Of a stretch of DNA of 57,725 nt, positions 28,327-37,008 are shown in pieces. Position 1 is the stretch's first letter. Each line of letters starts with the position of its first letter. The DNA lies in the IMG/VR virus record IMGVR_UViG_3300044974_001269, positions 1-57,725 of that record; one strand, 5' to 3'. Below the pieces are notes generated by a model that was not told the origin of the DNA, did not search any database, and saw only the letters and a program-made list of their open reading frames with translations. This stretch comes from a virus. Lineage: Duplodnaviria; Caudoviricetes. A program made the translations under genes and the position numbers.

Positions 28327-29899
28327 AATCCTCTATGACTAATTTATCAATTATTTTTTTATTTAGAGCTCTGAAGGCTTGATTTGGATTTTCAATAATA
28401 GGTTCGTTGTGAGAATTAAAAGATGTATTCAATAAAACAGGAATTCCTGACAATTTATAATACTCGTTCAAAATTTCCCAAAACTTAGGTAAATTATCTT
28501 TGACAACAATTTGTGGTCTAGCAGTTTTATCAGATTTTTGAATTACGGCAGGAATTTCACTTATCCATTCCTCTTTCGTTGAATAACATAACGTCATGAA
28601 TTCTGATGTATATTTTGATTTTGAACAGGTGAAAATTTCATCAAATTTTTCTTCCAAAACGATGGGTGCGAAAGGCATTGTTTCGTATCTATTTAACCTT
28701 TGATTCAAAATACCATGTGTTCCTACATCTGTGGGACGTACTAAAATACTTCTTGCCCCCAAAGCTCTTGGACCGTGTTCAGAACCTCCTTGGAACCAAC
28801 CAATTATTTTACCTTCATTCAAATCTTTAGCAATTTCCTCTACATTATATGGTGATTTGAAAAAATTGTAGTTTTTAGAAATATTTGAAATTTTTTCATT
28901 TGTATAAGAGGGTCCTAACAATACGTTTTTGAGTTTTTTAGGTAATGGCCATTCACCAAGTTCATGTGACTTTTTTATGCAAGCACCTAATGCTAAACCC
29001 TCATCTCCCATAGGAGGAATTACGTAAATTTCTTCAACCCAATCCAATTCGTTTATCTGTTGATTGAGTTTTACATTGGCAAATAAACCACCCGCAAAAC
29101 AAAATTTTTTGTAATCAGGATAAAGTAAATGTAAGTCTTCGATAAAACGTAACATTAAGTCGTTAGTAAGTTTTTGAAGATTGTAACAGTATATTTCTCT
29201 TTTTTCTTTTGTAGAAAAATAACCGTCCTTGAACATCATATCACAAACAAATTTTGTTTTCCACGCTGTTGTTGTTGGATAGAAGTTTAAATTTTTATAA
29301 TTGATGAGGGAATTTAAAACATCATAAATTTTTTGGTCGAAATGACCATCTGCTGCCATTCCCATAAGTTTTCCTTCATCTTTACACATTCTCCAAATCC
29401 CTTCATTATATGCATCATAACCCATAATAGAGGACGTGCTAAAACCCCACAAATGAGACAAACTACCACAAGAATTATATGGGTATTGTCTCAAAAGTTG
29501 CATTTTTCCATCTTCACATAAATAAATTTTCATTACTGTATTTTCTCCACCTCCATCGTAAGTAATGGTAATTACTTTACCCATCATACCACTTGTGAAA
29601 TAAGCTCCGTAGGCATGAGCATCGTGATGAGAACATTTTTCGTAATCTAAATCTGTAATTTCTTTTACATATTTTTCACTAACAGGTGCGGCAAAAACTC
29701 TGTAATCTGAATTTTCAACTTTATAACCTGTGGTTTCTTCAATTTTCTTTGTAGATAAAAGTGCAGAGGTCTCATGTATGTCACCAGCTTTTTTTCTTGA
29801 CATTCTTTCTTCTTCTAATGCTGATACTATTTCGCCGTCTTTTACAACCGCACAACAACCACTATGTGAACCACAATAAAAACCAAAAATTAAACTCAT
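28307..29899 (-). CDS. carbamoyltransferase (NodU/CmcH/TobZ family)
   Basis: EEERMSRKK, HHDAHA, DGGGE, EGKLMG, AGGLFANVKLN, GPRALGARS, LNTSFN. Confidence 0.93.
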   Translation of the reverse strand: MSLIFGFYCGSHSGCCAVVKDGEIVSALEEERMSRKKAGDIHETSALLSTKKIEETTGYKVENSDYRVFAAPVSEKYVKEITDLDYEKCSHHDAHAYGAYFTSGMMGKVITITYDGGGENTVMKIYLCEDGKMQLLRQYPYNSCGSLSHLWGFSTSSIMGYDAYNEGIWRMCKDEGKLMGMAADGHFDQKIYDVLNSLINYKNLNFYPTTTAWKTKFVCDMMFKDGYFSTKEKREIYCYNLQKLTNDLMLRFIEDLHLLYPDYKKFCFAGGLFANVKLNQQINELDWVEEIYVIPPMGDEGLALGACIKKSHELGEWPLPKKLKNVLLGPSYTNEKISNISKNYNFFKSPYNVEEIAKDLNEGKIIGWFQGGSEHGPRALGARSILVRPTDVGTHGILNQRLNRYETMPFAPIVLEEKFDEIFTCSKSKYTSEFMTLCYSTKEEWISEIPAVIQKSDKTARPQIVVKDNLPKFWEILNEYYKLSGIPVLLNTSFNSHNEPIIENPNQAFRALNKKIIDKLVIEDYVYSTE

Positions 29900-31566
29900 G
29901 TAGGTCTTTTGATTAAAAAATTATTTATGACTAAATAATCTAACTTTCTATTGATAGTTGTTGCTATCGCGTCTGAAGGGGTCTCAACTATCGGTTCGGA
30001 AGGTCCGTTGAAACTTGTGTTCAAAAGGACTGGTACCCCTGTTCTTTCGTAAAAACTTGAAATTAATTCGTAGAATTTGGGGTTAGATTCTTGTGTCACA
30101 GATTGGTGTCTCGCAGAGTTATCAATGTGAACAACTGATGGGATTTTTTCTCTCCATTCCTCTTTCACCTCTGTTGTGACGAGCATAAATGGTGAATAAA
30201 CAGAAGATTCAAAAATTTCAGATTGATGTTCGAATAAAACGGCAGGTGCGAAGGGTCTGTACCACTCTCTACCTTTTATGTCCGAATTGATATGTCCAAT
30301 CATCCATTTAGTTATTGGTGAAGCAATGATTGACCTATTACCTAAAGCTCTTGGTCCGATTTCTGAACCCCCTTGAAACCAACCTATAACTCTATTCTGA
30401 GTGAGCCAATGAGAAACTTCATTTATAAGGTCTGAGAAATTTTCATATTCTTTGAATTCAATTTCAGGATGATTATTGAGTGCCAATAAAATTTCCCCCC
30501 TTTCGTATGATTTACCAAAATATGGGTTAATCAAAGAAGTTTCAGAGATATCGGTAATTTGTTGATATCCATACCACGCACAACCTAAAGGTATTCCTGA
30601 GTCATCAGAAGGTGGTAAGAAAAAACAATTTTTATATAAACCAGATTCTAAAATTAATTGATTGGAGTTACAATTCAAAAAAGAACCGCCAGCAACACAA
30701 ACATTATCAGAATTGGTAAACTTTTTTGCTAATTTTGCCAATATTAGGGAGGATTTTTCTTGCCCTTTTTGGTACATACCTGCGACACATGCTCTTGAAA
30801 AAAAGTCAGATTTCCAAGTAACCTTCGGATAGATAAAATTGTTATAAATTCTAATATCATCCTCTAATTCTTCCACAAAGCTGGGACCCTCGTCAACAAT
30901 ACTTTGGTCTGCAAAAGAGGCTAAACCCATCAGTTTTCCAGCACTCCAAGTATGTGTCTTTTCTTCGTAAACCAATTGTAAAGTTGCTTCAGCATAAACT
31001 GTACCTAATGAGACGTCATCATTGGTTGCCCAAGGTGTGGGAAATTTTATCCACTTTTTGTAAATCTCTTCGTAAGAATTTTTTTTGAAATGATAAATTG
31101 ATATTCCTTCTGCCCAATCTTGATTAGGGTCTAAAGACCATTTTTTTGGGTCGTACCATTTGTGTGTTGTATTCTTGTAAGATATTACACTCCCTGATGC
31201 GTCTGCAACAATTACTGCTGCTTCATCAAATCCTGAACTAAAAAAAGTTGAATAAGCGTGAGCTAAATGGTGAGGTATAAACAATAAATTTTCTCTTTTC
31301 AAGTTAGGAAAAACTCTGAAAAATTTTTCGGGAGCATCATCAATTATTTCAGTTGTTGAATATACCCAAAGGTTGATGTCTTGATGTGAAATTCCTAATG
31401 CATTCAAACAATAATTTATTGACTCAAGTGGGATTAGTCCCCCTTGGTAAGCACCGTCATGTTTGATGCGTGACAAACGTTCTTGAGTAATACCCACAAG
31501 AACTTTACCATTTTCAATTATTACCGCACCTTTATCATGACCTACTGAGAAGCCTAATACTTTCAT
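29896..31566 (-). CDS. carbamoyltransferase (NodU/CmcH/TobZ family)
   Basis: HD, QERLSRIKH, HHLAHA, GKLMGLA, GPRALGNRS, REWYRPFAP, LNTSFN. Confidence 0.94.
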   Translation of the reverse strand: MKVLGFSVGHDKGAVIIENGKVLVGITQERLSRIKHDGAYQGGLIPLESINYCLNALGISHQDINLWVYSTTEIIDDAPEKFFRVFPNLKRENLLFIPHHLAHAYSTFFSSGFDEAAVIVADASGSVISYKNTTHKWYDPKKWSLDPNQDWAEGISIYHFKKNSYEEIYKKWIKFPTPWATNDDVSLGTVYAEATLQLVYEEKTHTWSAGKLMGLASFADQSIVDEGPSFVEELEDDIRIYNNFIYPKVTWKSDFFSRACVAGMYQKGQEKSSLILAKLAKKFTNSDNVCVAGGSFLNCNSNQLILESGLYKNCFFLPPSDDSGIPLGCAWYGYQQITDISETSLINPYFGKSYERGEILLALNNHPEIEFKEYENFSDLINEVSHWLTQNRVIGWFQGGSEIGPRALGNRSIIASPITKWMIGHINSDIKGREWYRPFAPAVLFEHQSEIFESSVYSPFMLVTTEVKEEWREKIPSVVHIDNSARHQSVTQESNPKFYELISSFYERTGVPVLLNTSFNGPSEPIVETPSDAIATTINRKLDYLVINNFLIKRPT

Positions 31567-31577
31567 TTTTGAATTTT

Positions 31578-31829
31578 TTAATTTTGTTGTTCAGGAACGT
31601 CTGTATCCAAAAGCACTGCAGTTCCCTCTACCAAATCATCGTCACACTTATATATGTGAACTCTGTCGTTAAATTTAAAAACAACGACTTTTTGAATCAT
31701 TTCATGAACTTTCGATTCTTGGGGGACATCAACGATAATTCCTTGTTTATCTTGAAGTATGAACCCCAAAGCTTTTGCGAAAATGATGGACGCATCAAGA
31801 GCGTCTTGTAAATCTATTTTATTTTCCAT
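31578..31829 (-). CDS. hypothetical protein
   Basis: packed ORF. Confidence 0.7.
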   Translation of the reverse strand: MENKIDLQDALDASIIFAKALGFILQDKQGIIVDVPQESKVHEMIQKVVVFKFNDRVHIYKCDDDLVEGTAVLLDTDVPEQQN

Positions 31830-31831
31830 TT

Positions 31832-32125
31832 TTATTCTGTTTCATCTGCGATTATGTCGTTAAATTCCGACGCGGCAATTGGATATCTTTCCTCAAAAAT
31901 TTCATACGCCCTTTCCCTTCTGAATAATTCAATTTCTTTTTGAAACAACTCATCGTGTAAGGTGTCTATTTTATTCTGGAGATATTCATTTTGATTTTTT
32001 AATTTGTTCAATTCAATGGCCATTTGATGGTACTTTGTAAGTTTAGAGTTTAACATCATTAATACCCCAAGAAAACTTAGACAAATAACAACAAAAGCAA
32101 TTCTTAAACTTTTATCGGAAATCAT
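31832..32125 (-). CDS. N-anchored coiled-coil protein
   Basis: TM helix then coiled coil. Confidence 0.7.
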   Translation of the reverse strand: MISDKSLRIAFVVICLSFLGVLMMLNSKLTKYHQMAIELNKLKNQNEYLQNKIDTLHDELFQKEIELFRRERAYEIFEERYPIAASEFNDIIADETE

Positions 32126-32148
32126 AAGATTAATTTTAATAAATTTTT

Positions 32149-32637
32149 TTAATAAACAAATGAATTTTGAAAATCATTCCATATTTTGGAAAGGGTATGA
32201 TTTTCATTCACTAAGGTTGGTGCAAAAGGTCTATGCCTCATTCTCATTCTTGCTTCTTCAGGAGTTCTATCAGCTTTTCTCAAATTACATTTCTGACAAG
32301 ATGTAACGAGGTTTGTCCAATTATTTGTTCCACCTCTTGATTTGGGCACAACGTGGTCCAAAGTCAAATCCTTGGAGGAACCACAATAAACACATTCATA
32401 GCCATCTCTTTTATATATTCTGTTTCTGTTTGCCCGTAGTTGACGAGTATAGTGTCTAATGTATCTCAATAACCGAATAATTACTGGACGCACATAAGTT
32501 TTGTATCCTGAAACAATTGGATTTTCATCGGATTTAACAATTTCCGCTTTTCCTTTGTCCACAAGAATGAAACCACGTTGAACCGAAGTGACGTTCAAAG
32601 GGGTATAATCATAGTTCAAAACAAGCACGTGACTCAT
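32149..32637 (-). CDS. HNH endonuclease
   Basis: VLVLN..Y.PL, RD...CVYCG, TLDHVVPKSRGG..NWTNLVTSC..CN. Confidence 0.92.
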   Translation of the reverse strand: MSHVLVLNYDYTPLNVTSVQRGFILVDKGKAEIVKSDENPIVSGYKTYVRPVIIRLLRYIRHYTRQLRANRNRIYKRDGYECVYCGSSKDLTLDHVVPKSRGGTNNWTNLVTSCQKCNLRKADRTPEEARMRMRHRPFAPTLVNENHTLSKIWNDFQNSFVY

Positions 32638-32680
32638 ACAAAAAATTTTTACAAAAATAAGTTGTTAATGTCAAAAAAAC

Positions 32681-32708
32681 AAAAAAGGGTCAGTAATTTC
32701 CGACCCTT
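32681..32708 (-). terminator. intrinsic terminator
   Basis: AAGGGTC-N10-GACCCTT followed by T tract on the minus strand. Confidence 0.7.
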
Positions 32709-32722
32709 GTATATTTGAAGTT

Positions 32723-32830
32723 TTAATAGTTGTTTATGGCTCGAGATTTTCCACGTCTCAACATGCCGACTTTCTCATTTATCATTTTAGATTCCAAAAG
32801 ACAATTATTTTGGTCCTGTTTCATATTCAT
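32723..32830 (-). CDS. small ORF, 35 aa (MNMKQDQNNCLLESKM...AINNY)
   Basis: between an ATATTTAT motif and a terminator; not in ORF track. Confidence 0.45.
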   Translation of the reverse strand: MNMKQDQNNCLLESKMINEKVGMLRRGKSRAINNY

Positions 32831-32869
32831 AAATATTACATAATCAAACATATTTATAAATAAAATTGG

Positions 32870-33556
32870 ATGAAGTTTTTACTCTTTTATAGTGATTTGT
32901 TGTCTGAAGCGAGAATGATGGGGAACGAAAAGTTTGATTGGGTTGCCTCCAACATGGGAAATTGGTTATTTGACGAGTTATTTGCAAATCCTGATAAAAT
33001 CCAATCTTTACCTAACATGGACCAATTTTCTACGTGGGTAAGTTCAAAAATCAAAAAAACACCAACTTCTACTGACTTAGTTGACAATTTGGATTTGATG
33101 GAAACATTTCTCCATAGACTTGACCCGAAAGAATCTTCTGCCTTCATTAAATCTGTAATTTCAACTTTTCCAATAATCTTGAATAAAATCACAAGATATG
33201 GTAAACCTGAAGTTATGGGAAAAAGAGGAAGACCAATGGGTTCAAAAAACAAACCTAAACCTGATATGTTGGGTGTAGACATATTGAAAACCGTAAGACC
33301 TGTCAAAACAACCACCCAAATTCCACAAGAACCTCAACCTGAAATGGAAACAAAAAGGAGAGGGAGACCAAAACAATATGACGACGACCTCACCGCGATT
33401 GAAAGAAGTAAGTTCAGAAGAGAGGGACCAGCAATGATACAAAGTTTGGAAGCAAAAGCTCAATCACTTGATAACGAAGTGACATTCATAATTCAAAGGA
33501 TAAAAAAAATTATGGGTGATATTGAGAAAAGAAAAAAGTTTTTCGGTATATCTTAA
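32870..33556 (+). CDS. AT-hook-containing protein
   Basis: GKRGRP and KRRGRPK motifs. Confidence 0.8.
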   Translation: MKFLLFYSDLLSEARMMGNEKFDWVASNMGNWLFDELFANPDKIQSLPNMDQFSTWVSSKIKKTPTSTDLVDNLDLMETFLHRLDPKESSAFIKSVISTFPIILNKITRYGKPEVMGKRGRPMGSKNKPKPDMLGVDILKTVRPVKTTTQIPQEPQPEMETKRRGRPKQYDDDLTAIERSKFRREGPAMIQSLEAKAQSLDNEVTFIIQRIKKIMGDIEKRKKFFGIS

Positions 33557-33589
33557 ATTTTTAATAATTTAGCTTTATATTTCAATGTT

Positions 33590-33663
33590 CGGGAAATAGT
33601 ACAGTCCGGTAGTATGCTTGGTTTGGGACCAAGAGGTCGTAGGTTCGAATCCTGCTTTCCCGA
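33590..33663 (+). tRNA. tRNA-Pro(TGG)
   Basis: CGGGAAA/TTTCCCG, CTTGG-TTTGGGA-CCAAG, GGTTCGAATCC. Confidence 0.95.
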
Positions 33664-33668
33664 CAAAT

Positions 33669-33745
33669 GTCTTCTTAGCTCAGTCGGTTAGAGCGAGTGA
33701 CTGTTAATCACTAGGTCCTTGGTTCGAGCCCAAGAGAGGACGCCA
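33669..33745 (+). tRNA. tRNA-Asn(GTT), CCA encoded
   Basis: AGTGA-CTGTTAA-TCACT; cloverleaf. Confidence 0.95.
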
Positions 33746-33748
33746 CAA

Positions 33749-33821
33749 GCGGAAGTAGCTCATTTGGTAGAGCAACTGATTTGTAATCAGTAGGTCGCAG
33801 GTTCGATTCCTGTCTCTGGCT
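33749..33821 (+). tRNA. tRNA-Thr(TGT) with mismatched acceptor stem
   Basis: ACTGA-TTTGTAA-TCAGT; acceptor GCGGAAG/CTCTGGC has G:G and A:C mismatches. Confidence 0.8.
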
Positions 33822-33835
33822 CAATTTTATTCGGC

Positions 33836-34339
33836 ATGTCTTTATTCAAACAAGAAGTCATAATGACCAAAGATGAATGTGATTTAGTATTGAAAAAATA
33901 TAAATCACAATCTCAAGAATATGAAACCGGACCTGACAAAAACTTTGGGTATGTCTCTATTAATGTTTTTGAGGATGAATGGCTATTGAGAATATTATTG
34001 TCATTTGTGGAAAAAGAAACAAACCTGAAAGTTGAATGGCACAAACCCACAAAAGATTTTTTTAAGGAATTTTGGTTACAAACATATCAGGAGGGTGATA
34101 GGTTCAATAAACATATGGACAAGTATCACGGAAGAAAATATGCCCTTGGTGTTTTGTTAAACACTGAATTTGAAGGAGGTGATTTTATATGTTACAAAGA
34201 AAATGAAATTCACAAATTTGATAAAATAATTGGTAATTGTTATATTTTTTCAGTAGAATTAGTTCACGAAGTAACAAAAATTACCTCGGGTGAACGGAAC
34301 GTACTGGTTATGTTTGTGAATGAAAATCAAATAGCGTAA
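33836..34339 (+). CDS. 2OG-Fe(II) oxygenase
   Basis: Y..GD.F.KHMD, LLN..FEGGDF, HEVTKITSGER. Confidence 0.85.
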   Translation: MSLFKQEVIMTKDECDLVLKKYKSQSQEYETGPDKNFGYVSINVFEDEWLLRILLSFVEKETNLKVEWHKPTKDFFKEFWLQTYQEGDRFNKHMDKYHGRKYALGVLLNTEFEGGDFICYKENEIHKFDKIIGNCYIFSVELVHEVTKITSGERNVLVMFVNENQIA

Positions 34340-34342
34340 ATT

Positions 34343-34576
34343 ATGGGAATTTTTGGAACTTATTACTTAATCTGTTTAGTTTATTGCGTGTTAATGTTCA
34401 TAAAAAGTTGGACTAGAGAATCTAGAGAAGGAGGATTGGGTATTAGTCCAGGTTTGGATACATTAGCAATTTTAATCATATGTTGGGCTTTAGCTCCCGT
34501 TGACATTTATCTAAGATGGGTAAAATTATACCGTGAAGCTGAAGAAGCAAGAAGAAGAAATGATAAAATTCTATAA
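34343..34576 (+). CDS. small membrane protein
   Basis: two TM helices. Confidence 0.75.
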   Translation: MGIFGTYYLICLVYCVLMFIKSWTRESREGGLGISPGLDTLAILIICWALAPVDIYLRWVKLYREAEEARRRNDKIL

Positions 34577-34930
34577 ATGGCACATCCAAACTTACACGCA
34601 AAATCTTCGGCAAAGAAATTTGGAGGAAAACCTGAAGATTACATTCATCTTCACGAATGGTTAGATGAAACAAAAAGTTGGATTGGAGATTCTTTACACA
34701 GAGCCTTCAGACACCACAGTGAAGGTATTTTCGAAATGGAACAAAAATTTGGTACGGAGTTTGTCAACAGTGATGGAAAAGTCGTTTATACGAGATATGT
34801 TGGAGAACAACACGTTAAAGAGGACTGTAACGATTATATTCCTTCGGCAAAAGAATGGATTATAAACATAGGGAATGGAACAAGGCCAAAGTGGATGTTG
34901 AAAACAGTCAACTTAGAGTTCCAAGATTGA
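34577..34930 (+). CDS. DUF6915-like protein
   Basis: HP..HA.SSAKKFGGKPEDY..H.W.D, HR..RHHSEGIF, EQHVKED. Confidence 0.85.
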   Translation: MAHPNLHAKSSAKKFGGKPEDYIHLHEWLDETKSWIGDSLHRAFRHHSEGIFEMEQKFGTEFVNSDGKVVYTRYVGEQHVKEDCNDYIPSAKEWIINIGNGTRPKWMLKTVNLEFQD

Positions 34931-34953
34931 TATTTATTTAGTAAAGGTTCAAA

Positions 34954-35664
34954 ATGGAAGAAATACTAACTCCCGAAGATAAAAAAGTTCTGAATTTAAT
35001 TTCAAACTATATAAGGTCCAATGGTTTAAGAGAGGGTCAAATTGAAATTGATATGGACTACGGCGATTTGGATATTGAACGGATAAAGAATGTCACAATT
35101 TTTTCAAATTCCTACAATGTAGAAATACCTGAAGAGTTAATCGAAATATGTTATAAAATTCTCAAACACATTGATGAGAACCAAGGTTTGGATGTCGATG
35201 TAGACGATTTGAATTATGAAAAGTTAGAAATGGAAATTGATACTATACAAAAATCAATTACGGCTTCACATTTTATTTCCTATTTTGACCAATCTGATTC
35301 CACCTCTACTGAGTGGACTGAAGATGATTATGAAGATTCGGATGAAAACCCAATCACCAAAATGTTCAATGAATTGGAAAACGAACCAGACATAATTCCG
35401 GTCGATGGTCAATTACAACTCAGATATAATGGTTCTGGTGATAGTGGTTACCTTGAAGATTATTTTGAGTCTGGAGGTGCGGTCCCTGCAAGTGTATCTG
35501 ATTGGTGTTATGAGCAATTACAAAGTCTTCACGGTGGATGGGAAATTAATGAAGGTTCACAAGGATATTTTATTTTTGATTTGAACAACAAAACAGTTGA
35601 ATTGAACCATACTATGAATGTTGAAGAATCGGAATCAAAAACTTTGTATGAGGAAAAATTTTAA
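34954..35664 (+). CDS. DUF6878-like protein
   Basis: YNGSGDSG and GWEINEGSQG motifs; adjacent to DUF6915-like gene. Confidence 0.75.
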   Translation: MEEILTPEDKKVLNLISNYIRSNGLREGQIEIDMDYGDLDIERIKNVTIFSNSYNVEIPEELIEICYKILKHIDENQGLDVDVDDLNYEKLEMEIDTIQKSITASHFISYFDQSDSTSTEWTEDDYEDSDENPITKMFNELENEPDIIPVDGQLQLRYNGSGDSGYLEDYFESGGAVPASVSDWCYEQLQSLHGGWEINEGSQGYFIFDLNNKTVELNHTMNVEESESKTLYEEKF

Positions 35665-35667
35665 ACT

Positions 35668-35883
35668 ATGGAAAGATTGTTTTCACCCGTAAGTTTGATT
35701 TCAATAACTCATGAATTGAAAGAAAGAGCATTGCAAATTCAATACATTGGAGATATGTCTGATTTGGGAAATGAGATTGGACTTTGTGTTTCTAAATATT
35801 ATGAAAATATGAACGAAAACGAAATAGAACTTTTCGTTCAAGGTTTCAAACATGGTGCTAGAATTCCCAAAAAAATTGATTGA
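35668..35883 (+). CDS. hypothetical protein
   Basis: packed ORF. Confidence 0.7.
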   Translation: MERLFSPVSLISITHELKERALQIQYIGDMSDLGNEIGLCVSKYYENMNENEIELFVQGFKHGARIPKKID

Positions 35884-35910
35884 CAATTTATTAAAAAAGG
35901 AATATATTTA
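35880..35910 (+). promoter_or_regulatory. promoter of leader-peptide/tRNA transcript
   Basis: TTGACA-N17-TATATTTA. Confidence 0.7.
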
Positions 35911-35916
35911 TTGTAG

Positions 35917-35997
35917 ATGAAAAATGCGAACTATCATATAGAGTTTGTTCAACAACAAGAGATTTGTTGGGAGACTAACCTATGCGTAGTTCGGTAA
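35917..35997 (+). CDS. putative leader peptide MKNANYHIEFVQQQEICWETNLCVVR
   Basis: 26-codon ORF 6 nt after the promoter; last 4 codons form the antiterminator strand. Confidence 0.7.
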   Translation: MKNANYHIEFVQQQEICWETNLCVVR

Positions 35998-36064
35998 AGA
36001 ATAAACTCCTGAAGAGTTATATATACAACCTCGGACTACGCAAGTGGTTCGGGGTTTTTTTTTT
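35983..36064 (+). promoter_or_regulatory. attenuator: antiterminator 35983-35994/36031-36042 versus terminator 36027-36056 + U tract
   Basis: 12-bp helix TGCGTAGTTCGG:TCGGACTACGCA competes with a 13-bp GCAA-capped hairpin followed by T10. Confidence 0.75.
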
Positions 36065-36092
36065 GTGGTATGAAATATTGGTCGTAAATTTG
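36062..36092 (+). promoter_or_regulatory. Bacteroidetes-type promoter directly before tRNA-Glu
   Basis: TTTG-N19-TAAATTTG. Confidence 0.65.
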
Positions 36093-36098
36093 CTTCAT

Positions 36099-36170
36099 GC
36101 TCGGTTCGACTAGTGGTTAGGTCACCACCCTTTCACGGTGGTTGCACGGGTTCGAATCCCGTACCGAGTA
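36099..36170 (+). tRNA. tRNA-Glu(TTC)
   Basis: CCACC-CTTTCAC-GGTGG; GGTTCGAATCC. Confidence 0.95.
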
Positions 36171-36175
36171 CATCT

Positions 36176-36248
36176 GGTAATCAAGCTAACTTAGTAGAAG
36201 CGTAGGACTGAAAATCCTGAGGAGTTGGAGCGTAACCAACGATTACCA
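36176..36248 (+). tRNA. tRNA-Phe(GAA), non-canonical D/T loops
   Basis: GGTAATC/GATTACC, TAGGA-CTGAAAA-TCCTG, T arm GTTGG-AGCGTAA-CCAAC. Confidence 0.85.
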
Positions 36249-36254
36249 CAACAA

Positions 36255-36326
36255 GGTCGGGTGGCCGAGTGGCTTAGGCGGAGGTCTGCAAAACCTTCTA
36301 CGTAGGTTCGATTCCTACTCTGACCT
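36255..36326 (+). tRNA. tRNA-Cys(GCA)
   Basis: GAGGT-CTGCAAA-ACCTT; U73. Confidence 0.95.
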
Positions 36327-36333
36327 CAAACAC

Positions 36334-36405
36334 GGTGGTTGTAGCCTAATGGTAGGGCGGAAGTTTGTGGTACTTCATGTGAGAGTTCGATTCTCTCCAA
36401 TCACA
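36334..36405 (+). tRNA. tRNA-His(GTG)
   Basis: GAAGT-TTGTGGT-ACTTC; encoded G-1, A73. Confidence 0.92.
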
Positions 36406-36411
36406 CACAAC

Positions 36412-36485
36412 GGAAGTATAGCTCAGCTGGTCAGAGCGCTATTCTGATACGATAGATGCCAGTGGTTCGAATCCACTTACTTCCA
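36412..36485 (+). tRNA. tRNA-Ile(GAT)
   Basis: GGAAGTA/TACTTCC; CTATT-CTGATAC-GATAG. Confidence 0.93.
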
Positions 36486-36486
36486 C

Positions 36487-37008
36487 ATGAGACGGAAAAT
36501 TATTTTCATAGATGTTGATGGTCCTTTATCTTGGGGAACATGGGGTGATGGAAAAGTTACGCTCAACTGTGGCTCCGAACTATTCAAGATGCCTTATCCA
36601 TGGGTAGAAGAAGATTGCCAAGCTCTCCGTAAAATTCTCGACGAAAGTAATGCTAAATTAGTTTTGAGTTCTGATTGGAAAAAACATTTTAGTTTCAGAC
36701 AAATGAAAACTATCTTCGAACGATATGGTATGTCAGGTCACCACCTTATCGATACAACTACTCATCAGGATTTATGGACAAAATTGAGTAGACCCTCTAT
36801 TGATTGGGAAAGAGCTGCAGAGATTGTGAAGTGGGTAAAGGATAATAAGATTTCCAATTGGATTGCGATTGATGACCTTAATTTAGCAAACGAGTTCAAA
36901 TGGATGAAGATACCACAATGGAGACATGTACAGGTTGATGGAGATTGGGGACAAGGTGGTAGACTCAGAGATAAAATTGATGAATGTATAAAAAAACTTG
37001 AAAGATGA
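36487..37008 (+). CDS. HAD domain protein, Swiss-Army-Knife RNA-repair-like
   Basis: IIFIDVDG, LVLSSDWK, R..EI..W, WIAIDDL. Confidence 0.85.
   Translation: MRRKIIFIDVDGPLSWGTWGDGKVTLNCGSELFKMPYPWVEEDCQALRKILDESNAKLVLSSDWKKHFSFRQMKTIFERYGMSGHHLIDTTTHQDLWTKLSRPSIDWERAAEIVKWVKDNKISNWIAIDDLNLANEFKWMKIPQWRHVQVDGDWGQGGRLRDKIDECIKKLER

Noticed and set aside
32681-32830. Second attenuator controlling the HNH gene
   Set aside because: No antiterminator complement found, and HNH has its own TATTTTTG element after the terminator.
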